The notes below the pieces were generated by a model. The model did not search any database. It was not told where the DNA came from and saw only the letters and a program-made list of their open reading frames with translations. Positions 10,021 through 17,292 of a stretch of 63,998 nucleotides of DNA are shown in pieces. The stretch spans positions 1-63,998 of IMG/VR virus record IMGVR_UViG_3300033134_000083, one strand, 5' to 3'. The position numbers and the translations under genes were made by a program. Every line of letters starts with the position of its first letter. The first letter of the stretch is position 1. The stretch is from a virus (Duplodnaviria > Caudoviricetes).

Positions 10021-10863
10021 TTGACACTGGCGAAAAGGGCACAACCGCTCCCCCGGAGGCACCTGAGCACAGCCGATGACGTTAAACGTCAACTCAGCGC
10101 CGACTACCCCGAAAACACCCTCGGCTGGATAAGCAACCAAGACTGGAGCGGACCCAAAGAAATACCCCTTAGTAATGTCAACTTCACCAACCGCAAAAAA
10201 TGGAACGCCTGGCACGAACCGCAAAGGGTAGCTAAGTTCGCCCGGCGGATAGCTAAGCGCTCTAAACAAGGTCGCCGCATCAAACCCGTCGTTCTCGTTG
10301 ACACTCCCGACAGCGACAAAAACCGTGACCTGATGATAGTGGACGGTCATCACCGCTCCCTCGCTTACCAAAAGCTGAACAAGCCGGTCTGGGGATATGT
10401 TGGCCGGACCAGTAAAGTTGAGGGACCTTGGGATGAACTCCATGCAAAACAGCGCGCAGTAGAAGGCCGAACAACTACAGATGACGACTATGGGTACGAG
10501 CCAAAGGGTAAAGTAGCTACCACGATTGCTGCTATGGCCCATGGGACGAGCGATAGCCAGCGTGAAGACGGCCATAAGCAGCAATCGTGGCAAGCTTGGG
10601 AACTTGACCGAGACCACGCCAACCAGCTAGCCGAGAACTTGCAGCAAGCCCTAGCTAGCGCCGTAGACACCCACTCCATAGCTCAAGAATGGGCCGACAT
10701 TGTAGCCCGCCAAGCACTAGGTCCTGGTGCTGCGGAAAGCTACGTGATGGCGAGAGCACCACACATCCAGCAAGCCATAGAGAACGTGCTAGGCCCAGCA
10801 TGGGAACAGGCATGGCAGCTAGGTGAACAAGCAGCTCAGCATCAGCTAGCGGGAGGTACCTGA
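10021..10863 (+). CDS. ParB/Srx-like domain head-associated protein
   Basis: KPVVLV...IVDGHHRSLA motif; helical C-terminus. Confidence 0.7.
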   Translation: MTLAKRAQPLPRRHLSTADDVKRQLSADYPENTLGWISNQDWSGPKEIPLSNVNFTNRKKWNAWHEPQRVAKFARRIAKRSKQGRRIKPVVLVDTPDSDKNRDLMIVDGHHRSLAYQKLNKPVWGYVGRTSKVEGPWDELHAKQRAVEGRTTTDDDYGYEPKGKVATTIAAMAHGTSDSQREDGHKQQSWQAWELDRDHANQLAENLQQALASAVDTHSIAQEWADIVARQALGPGAAESYVMARAPHIQQAIENVLGPAWEQAWQLGEQAAQHQLAGGT

Positions 10864-13800
10864 CTACTCCCACTACTCAGCAGCAGTCACCTCCGCAGCC
10901 CAGCGCTCTTGATGACCTCATCGCCCTGCTCCTGCTCACCAGCCCTGCTCTAGCAGCCTGGATAGCTACCCGCCGCAGCAGCGTCCGGAGCATGACCAAC
11001 ACCCGTCTAGCTCAGCTAGCAGCCGTTCTACGTGGCTTCCAGCAGTCAGCACTAGCCGGTGAACCAACCAATCCAGATGACCTGGAACACCAACTCAACG
11101 CTGTCCTAGCCGGTCCCGCTGTCCTCCCAGCCGACCAGCTACCCGAGCCAGGTTCCACGGGAAACACCTACCGTGGCCAGCCAGCTACCGGCCCAGCGCA
11201 AAGCTCCGCTGCTAACGTCGGGCAGACGGAAGTATCCGCTGCTATTGGTGCTGCCGCACATAACGTATACCGCAGCGACCCGGACGTGGACTACTCCGAA
11301 TGGCTAACCGCCGAGGACGAAAAAGTCTGCCCTATCTGTGTAGCTAACCAGGAAGCAGGCCCGGTTCCTATTGGCGCACCGTTTCCATCAGGGGTGCCGT
11401 TTCCACCGGCGCATGTGAACTGCCTACCGGGGGATGCCCTTGTATCGGCCCGTAGCCGTATCACGGGTGCGACGTCTCGGATATACGACGGTGAGCTGGT
11501 CTGCATCCGCACTCTGGCTGACAAGCTCCTTTCCGTCACCCCCAATCATCCGGTACTGACGGACCATGGCTGGATTGCGGCTGGTCTCCTGAAGAAAGGA
11601 GAAAACGTAGTTAGCGCTAGCGAGAGTGAGCGGAAACCGGGAATTGACTACGATAACGAGAACATGCCAGCCCGCATTCAGCAAATAGCGGAAGCGTTCT
11701 TGTGCTCGCGCAACGTGACTACCGCTGAAGTGCCATTGACCGCCGAAGATTTCCACGGCGACGGAGCTGGTAGTGAAGTCAGCATTATAGGGACCTATCG
11801 CAGTTTGCGTCCCGTACTCAAGACCGAGAGAGTTCAAGTAGGTGGCAAACAGCCGTTCCAATGCGGACACATGTACATCGCTCGGCGCGGCTTCACGGGT
11901 TTGCGCTCTAGCGATTCGCCGTTCCAGCGAGTCGGTATTTCCACGCCGAGCCACGTTAGCAGCAATAGTAAGAGCGCTACGCTCTTCGGCAGTAGTTTGC
12001 GCCATGCGGACGTACATGCTTTCGCTACGCCCTCTGGGCTTGACGTCGTTTTGCAGCAGGATGCGGCGGATAACGTTACGACTGACGCCAAAAGATTCAG
12101 CAAGCGCTTTTTCGCTCTCACCCTTGGTGTAGCGGTCGAGCAGGTTGCTGAGGTCTGGCGGGTCCCATTTAGCGGGCATGTGTATAACCTTGAGACAGTT
12201 GATGGGTGGTACATCGCCAATGGCATTGTAACTCACAACTGCCGGTGCACGACTACTCCCAGTGACTATCGTGCGGTGCCTGCGTTTGAAGCTCAGCAGG
12301 AAGCAATGCCCATGCGCCGTTTCGGCCTGCCGCATACTTCAGCGAGCCGGGAACGTGAACTGCAGAACGTGCCCAGTGAAACAACCGTGCTTCATGTAAC
12401 AGCAGAGCTAGAAAAAGGCGCCCCTGAGGGGAACATTTCCGGTGTCACCTTCGGTCCGCTTGCTAAATGCGTCTCCTGTGGCTGCGGTCTACCCCATGAT
12501 GACCACGGAGACGCCCGTAACATTACCCAGGAAGACGTTGAAGCCGCAGGAGCCGCAGTGGGTATAGCACCCGGCCAAGCCGCATCCAACATTGCTGACG
12601 CTTGGCGTGCGATGATGGTAGACGAAGCTGGCGCCAGGCAAGCGGACCAGGCATCCAAAGGCTGGCACGACGCGTGGCTGCATGAACTACGCGGCGGCCA
12701 CGGCGAATGGATTGGCGTTGGTGGTGACGTACCACACTTCGCTCAGCATGGCTCCACCCACGTCGAAGTAAAACCCCTCGTTAACGGCGACCACGAAGAC
12801 ATCAAACAGCGAGTTGGTAACCAGCTAAACCACCAAGCACAATGGGTGCCTAACCTTGCAGTCAGCTACCACGCTCACGTAACACCCGACAACGAACCCG
12901 ACTCTGGGCACCACCAATGGGGTTCCATCGTCATCCGCCAGCATGAACTATCAGACGACCAGCTACCCCACACCGTAGCCCACCAAATGGGTCACGCCGT
13001 TCACGACGCATTCCAAGGCGGTGCCGCCACCCAATACAACTCCAAACTGGGCGACATAAATCTGTGGCGCAAACTTTCTGCGGCTCTCGGCGTCAAAGAC
13101 CCGCCATTCACTCCTCGTAGCCACGGACGTGGTTACGTAACTCCTATGGTGTCCACCGACTGGGTGCGCCGCAACCGGGCCGCTATCCGGGACCAAGTCT
13201 CTAACCAAGCCACCGCTAACGTGGACGAGTTCATCGCCGAACTATGGGACCAGTTCACCACATCACCTAACCCTAGCCCCGTCGCTCAAATATTCGGCGA
13301 CTACGTGATGCAAAATTTGCCGTCACGCACCCACAACCCCCTTCTCGGGGAACTAGCCATGGCCGGTGGCAGCGTCGGCGGCCGCCGCAAATCCATGCAA
13401 GACTACTGGATAGCTAAAGACCTCCGCACTGCCTGGGAACACGAACTACGAGACCGTCACGGCAAATGGGCTAAAGCCGTTACCGAAGCACTGAAAACCG
13501 CACCCGACGCTCATGTAGCATCGGCTGATCGCAACGCTGAACATGTCGTGTTCACTATCGGCGACCCCAAGACCGCTGACCACGTTGTCACTATCGTGCC
13601 CGGCATGAACCCGCACTGGGAACATTTGCCCGCCGAAACAAAAGCAGCTTCCCGGATGAAAGCAGCCGTCGAAGCCAGAACCGGTAAAAAAGTCGCTGCC
13701 ATTCTCTGGGCTGGCTACAAACCACCGCAAAACTTTGCTTCGGCTAGCGACAAACTAACCGCGCAACACGCAGCTAAAGACCTTATGCGCTTTCAACGCC

Positions 13801-15371
13801 AGCTACGCAAAGACAACCCCAACGCCCACCGCACCGTTATCGGTCACTCCTACGGCAGCGTCGTCTCCGGTGAAGCAGCCCGCCACCTACCCAACTTCGC
13901 CGACGACCTCGTGCTCATTGGCTCACCCGGCACCTCGGCACACAAAGCAACCGAGTTCAACGTCCCCGACGGTCACGTATGGGTAGGAGCCCACTCCAAA
14001 GACCCCGTAGCTGGCGTATCCCGAGAACTACGCTTCCACTACGGCGGCAGCCCAGCCCGGCCAGCCTTTGGCGCAAAGGTATTCAACTCCGAAGTGCCAG
14101 GGGCTCAGTTCAGCACTCCGCTGCACAGCAGCGTTGGAGTGCTCGGACGAATGTGGCCCCAGACCAGCGAAGCTGACCCCGTAGCCATGTCAGCAGGAGC
14201 GCACTCCAGCTACTGGCGGCCCAACTCCAACGCCTGGAACGCAATGACTGCGATAGCATCAGGCGACCCTATTATCGAAACACCCGGCATTCCCGGCCAG
14301 CCACTCGTCGTAAAAGGCTGGCACGACGCCTGGCTACATGAGTTCCGTGACCCACGTGGCCACTGGGTGCACGAAGGACCACCACCAGCAGTACAGGACA
14401 TGGTCAAACACGGGTGGACGTTCCACGGCACCCCCGGTTCCCACCAGCACGCTAGTTTCCTATCCTCTGCTGCTGACCTAATGCGAAGCCAGCCACAGCT
14501 ACGTCCCCTAGCTGAGACGCTGCGCCGAGCATCAGCGGAGATGAACAAAAAACACCCCGACGTAGCCCACCAAGTACTCCTAGGTGCAGCTAAGCAAACA
14601 CACTTCGCAGCCCTGAAAACCGGTGACGTTAACTTGCGTCACGCAGCATTCGCGTTGCATTACCACGGCGACCTCCTAGACGACTTGCACCTCACCGGTC
14701 GCAGTGACTTGCCGGAAACTCGTGAAGCTGCGGATGCACGCCGCTCCCTGGAAGCCGACCTGAAGTCCGGCCAGCACGACGTTCAATACCCTGGCCATGG
14801 ACAAATGGGCGAAACGTCGTTCGTCCGGTTCAATAACGGTTCCCGGTGGGTGCGTAAAGGTGACGCAGCTATCGACCAAGACCGCGAAATTCTCTCCAGT
14901 CGGGTAGCGGATGCCCTCGGCGCTCGGGCACCGGAAGTTATCCCCGACTCATCATGGAACCCTACCGACAAACACCCCGTTGTCTGGGAGCCCATGCTGC
15001 CGCACCCTACCGCTATCGACTTGGAACGCGGCAAAGACTACGATCCCGACAAAGTGTTCTCCGGCCCTGAAGGTCAGCGAATTGGCGTTCTTGACAAAAT
15101 CATATCCAACCAAGACCGCAACGACGGAAACTGGCTCGTAGACAGTAACGGACTTCCTGTTCCTATCGACCACGGCCAAGCTTACTTTGACAACGACTAC
15201 GCCCCATCCAGCGAGTTTTCCACCAAACTAGACCCGACATCCATTTCGCCTGCGCAATGGGATGAGTGGGCAGGAAAACTCGGCGCTCTCAGCCCAGAGT
15301 TCTCCGCGCTCAACCGAGGAGACTGGTTTCAATCAATGATGCAGTCATTCCAAAGTCTGAGGCCATCATGA
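10860..15371 (+). CDS. MuF (phage head morphogenesis) polyprotein containing an intein and several effector domains
   Basis: WLTAEDEKVCPIC...PPAHVN|CRC MuF motif split by an intein; zincin-like, alpha/beta hydrolase (GHSYGS) and kinase-like (DRNDGN...IDHG) domains; frame is open from CTG 10860 (ORF track start is ATG 10992). Confidence 0.85.
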   Translation: MTTPTTQQQSPPQPSALDDLIALLLLTSPALAAWIATRRSSVRSMTNTRLAQLAAVLRGFQQSALAGEPTNPDDLEHQLNAVLAGPAVLPADQLPEPGSTGNTYRGQPATGPAQSSAANVGQTEVSAAIGAAAHNVYRSDPDVDYSEWLTAEDEKVCPICVANQEAGPVPIGAPFPSGVPFPPAHVNCLPGDALVSARSRITGATSRIYDGELVCIRTLADKLLSVTPNHPVLTDHGWIAAGLLKKGENVVSASESERKPGIDYDNENMPARIQQIAEAFLCSRNVTTAEVPLTAEDFHGDGAGSEVSIIGTYRSLRPVLKTERVQVGGKQPFQCGHMYIARRGFTGLRSSDSPFQRVGISTPSHVSSNSKSATLFGSSLRHADVHAFATPSGLDVVLQQDAADNVTTDAKRFSKRFFALTLGVAVEQVAEVWRVPFSGHVYNLETVDGWYIANGIVTHNCRCTTTPSDYRAVPAFEAQQEAMPMRRFGLPHTSASRERELQNVPSETTVLHVTAELEKGAPEGNISGVTFGPLAKCVSCGCGLPHDDHGDARNITQEDVEAAGAAVGIAPGQAASNIADAWRAMMVDEAGARQADQASKGWHDAWLHELRGGHGEWIGVGGDVPHFAQHGSTHVEVKPLVNGDHEDIKQRVGNQLNHQAQWVPNLAVSYHAHVTPDNEPDSGHHQWGSIVIRQHELSDDQLPHTVAHQMGHAVHDAFQGGAATQYNSKLGDINLWRKLSAALGVKDPPFTPRSHGRGYVTPMVSTDWVRRNRAAIRDQVSNQATANVDEFIAELWDQFTTSPNPSPVAQIFGDYVMQNLPSRTHNPLLGELAMAGGSVGGRRKSMQDYWIAKDLRTAWEHELRDRHGKWAKAVTEALKTAPDAHVASADRNAEHVVFTIGDPKTADHVVTIVPGMNPHWEHLPAETKAASRMKAAVEARTGKKVAAILWAGYKPPQNFASASDKLTAQHAAKDLMRFQRQLRKDNPNAHRTVIGHSYGSVVSGEAARHLPNFADDLVLIGSPGTSAHKATEFNVPDGHVWVGAHSKDPVAGVSRELRFHYGGSPARPAFGAKVFNSEVPGAQFSTPLHSSVGVLGRMWPQTSEADPVAMSAGAHSSYWRPNSNAWNAMTAIASGDPIIETPGIPGQPLVVKGWHDAWLHEFRDPRGHWVHEGPPPAVQDMVKHGWTFHGTPGSHQHASFLSSAADLMRSQPQLRPLAETLRRASAEMNKKHPDVAHQVLLGAAKQTHFAALKTGDVNLRHAAFALHYHGDLLDDLHLTGRSDLPETREAADARRSLEADLKSGQHDVQYPGHGQMGETSFVRFNNGSRWVRKGDAAIDQDREILSSRVADALGARAPEVIPDSSWNPTDKHPVVWEPMLPHPTAIDLERGKDYDPDKVFSGPEGQRIGVLDKIISNQDRNDGNWLVDSNGLPVPIDHGQAYFDNDYAPSSEFSTKLDPTSISPAQWDEWAGKLGALSPEFSALNRGDWFQSMMQSFQSLRPS
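11421..12239 (+). mobile_element. intein 1 (273 aa) in MuF
   Basis: CLPGD block A, VTPNHP block B, SGHVYNLET block F, THN|C block G; removal restores PAHVNCRC. Confidence 0.92.
11424..12179 (-). CDS. antisense HTH + Vsr/DUF559-like PD-(D/E)xK endonuclease inside intein 1 (251 aa)
   Basis: HTH (SEKALAESFGVSRNVIRRIL); SALERLF...Q.AIGPYNADF...VAVEIFGGQWH...LLNAGWHVL. Confidence 0.85.
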   Translation of the reverse strand: MPAKWDPPDLSNLLDRYTKGESEKALAESFGVSRNVIRRILLQNDVKPRGRSESMYVRMAQTTAEERSALTIAANVARRGNTDSLERRIARAQTREAAPSDVHVSALERLFATYLNSLGLEYGTQTAIGPYNADFTTSSVAVEIFGGQWHFSGSHVARAQERFRYLLNAGWHVLVIVVNSRFPLTLASANYVFSFLQETSRNPAMVRQYRMIGGDGKELVSQSADADQLTVVYPRRRTRDTATGRYKGIPR

Positions 15372-17131
15372 TTACGGTTCACACTCAAGCAGGTAAACGC
15401 GGCACCATCCACATCGAAAACAACCGCCTCAAAGGGTCCACCCCTGCACTGCAACGCGTCGCTGACCAAGTACAAAGCCGCATCGGCAGTGCTCAGGACT
15501 CGTACCACTATCTGCTGCGCAGCTCCAATGGTTATGTCCAATACGCGGAAGCAGGCCACCAATCACCCGATTCAGCTAAGGTACAGCTACCCGACTCACA
15601 GGGACGCCCATCGGAGCTATGGATTGCTAAAGAAACTGTAGCCATGCTGGAAGACGTGGAAAAAAGAAAGTCTCCGCGAGGTAACGCTCAAACTTTGCGT
15701 GACTACTGGACCGGCCATGGTCACGGGGGACCCACCCACCACGCATTCGAGCGAGCCATTGCGTGGGGTACGCCCGGTGACTTCGACCGCTGTGTAGCCA
15801 TGGTCACTGAACACGCCAAAATGAGCCCGGAGCACGCCAAGGGCTACTGCGTTACCGAAGACGCTCGCGTGCTTTCGGCTGGAAGCTCACTCCGATTGCT
15901 GGGCAGCTTTGAACGGTATTACATCGGGGATGTCATCGCTATTACTACTTCCACCGGTAACCAGCTCACCGTTACCCCGAATCACCCGATAGCAACACGG
16001 AGCGGCTGGGTTCCGGCTGCGGAACTCCAGCCAGGAGACCACGTCCTGTGCAGCCTCAGCGCTGAACGCATGATACGCCAAGACGAAGATGACATCGTAC
16101 CCCGCATTAAGCAGGTAGCGCAGTCGCTGTCCTTGGCGTTCACCACGGTGACGCGGGCCGTAGATTTCCACGGCGATAGTACCGATGGCGAGGTCCACGT
16201 TGTACGGGCCAACAGCCTTTTGGTGGACGATGCCCTCAACGCCATGCTCGCTGAGCATGCGGGCGAACTGCTCCTCGTCGGAAGCGACCATGGGATTCGC
16301 CTGGCGCGTGCGGGCAGCCTTGAACCGGTTCTTAGCTCCAGTTCCGCCGGGAGTCCCGTAAACGCGGGGCAGGCTAGGGTCAGCTGGTATCCGATGGTCA
16401 GCGGGGATGTGGTTGCGTCGCAGAACGTTGTAGACGCTGCTGATCGAGCAGCCCAAAGCCGAAGCGACTACTTCGGCTTTATCTCCGGAAACGAAGCAGC
16501 TGATGATAGTCGCTTCATCCAGGTCGGCCTGGAACCCGTTATTCGCGTGCCTAATGGCAACGCAGTTTGCTCTCAACACGTCGCTGATGGTGTTCCGGCT
16601 AGCGCCAAGCCGTTGAGCAACGTCGCTAACCTGAAGTCCGGTTTTGTAGAGAGCAACTACCTCGGCGTCCGTGTAAGTCCGGTGACGAACGAAGCCAGCA
16701 GCACGGCGCGGACCACGCTGGACTTCAACGCCTCTCTCGCTGAGAAGCTTCTTTACGGTTCGATGGCTGACTCCGAGACTCGCCGCGATTTTCGTCAGTG
16801 GCTCTCCGTCGATGTAGCGTTGCGCGATGTTGTCTCCGTCGAGCGAAGGTCGTTCAGCGGTCATGTCTACGATCTTAGTACAGATACCGGAGTCTTTACA
16901 GCAGAGACTTTGGTATCTGGCCCGTGCAATCTTCGCCACCATGACGCGCTAGGCATCTGGCCCGCTACCCACGCTAAGGACATTAGGGAAGCAGAAGGCA
17001 AGGAGAAGGTTTCTGCAGCCAGTTTGGCGAAAGTCGGACCGCACGGCTGGGCACATGACTGGAAAGACGTAGACCCTGCGTTACTGGGTTTGGTCAGAAA
17101 AAGAGCAAGCCGACCAAGCGGCCCGGTATGA
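15368..17131 (+). CDS. head-associated protein containing intein 2
   Basis: ATGA overlap with the MuF stop; host reads LRDYWT...AWGTPGDFDRCV...AKGY|CNLRHHDALGIWP once the intein is removed. Confidence 0.75.
   Translation: MITVHTQAGKRGTIHIENNRLKGSTPALQRVADQVQSRIGSAQDSYHYLLRSSNGYVQYAEAGHQSPDSAKVQLPDSQGRPSELWIAKETVAMLEDVEKRKSPRGNAQTLRDYWTGHGHGGPTHHAFERAIAWGTPGDFDRCVAMVTEHAKMSPEHAKGYCVTEDARVLSAGSSLRLLGSFERYYIGDVIAITTSTGNQLTVTPNHPIATRSGWVPAAELQPGDHVLCSLSAERMIRQDEDDIVPRIKQVAQSLSLAFTTVTRAVDFHGDSTDGEVHVVRANSLLVDDALNAMLAEHAGELLLVGSDHGIRLARAGSLEPVLSSSSAGSPVNAGQARVSWYPMVSGDVVASQNVVDAADRAAQSRSDYFGFISGNEAADDSRFIQVGLEPVIRVPNGNAVCSQHVADGVPASAKPLSNVANLKSGFVESNYLGVRVSPVTNEASSTARTTLDFNASLAEKLLYGSMADSETRRDFRQWLSVDVALRDVVSVERRSFSGHVYDLSTDTGVFTAETLVSGPCNLRHHDALGIWPATHAKDIREAEGKEKVSAASLAKVGPHGWAHDWKDVDPALLGLVRKRASRPSGPV
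15848..16924 (+). mobile_element. intein 2 (359 aa), paralogue of intein 1, with a non-canonical C-terminus (VSGP|C)
   Basis: CVTED block A, VTPNHP block B, FSGHVYDLST block F; terminal Asn absent. Confidence 0.85.
15887..16864 (-). CDS. antisense 3xHTH + Vsr/DUF559-like endonuclease inside intein 2 (325 aa)
   Basis: Three HTH repeats (IAASLGVSHRTV, VAQRLGASRNTI, VASALGCSISSV); QKAVGPYNVDLAIGTIAVEIYG...LRYLLNAGYDVI. Confidence 0.85.
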   Translation of the reverse strand: MTAERPSLDGDNIAQRYIDGEPLTKIAASLGVSHRTVKKLLSERGVEVQRGPRRAAGFVRHRTYTDAEVVALYKTGLQVSDVAQRLGASRNTISDVLRANCVAIRHANNGFQADLDEATIISCFVSGDKAEVVASALGCSISSVYNVLRRNHIPADHRIPADPSLPRVYGTPGGTGAKNRFKAARTRQANPMVASDEEQFARMLSEHGVEGIVHQKAVGPYNVDLAIGTIAVEIYGPRHRGERQGQRLRYLLNAGYDVIFVLAYHAFSAEAAQDVVSWLEFRSRNPAAPCCYRVIRGNGELVTGGSSNSDDIPDVIPFKAAQQSE

Positions 17132-17292
17132 GGCTGCTGGCTACCGAGGAGACTTGTACCCCTGGGACGCGCTACGGCACGCCGAGGAAGGCAAGGAGAA
17201 GTAAGCCGTTCTCGGTAGCCAACTTGCTGAAGTTTCAAGTAGAGTTCATAATCATGTGACGGGCATAGCTATGCCCGAGCTACGGGAGGTTC

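Noticed and set aside
12180-12335. ORF-track N-terminal extensions of the antisense nucleases (starts 12335 and 16942)
   Set aside because: They run outside the inteins and are not similar to each other; the shared ATG at the block-F His codon is the better start.
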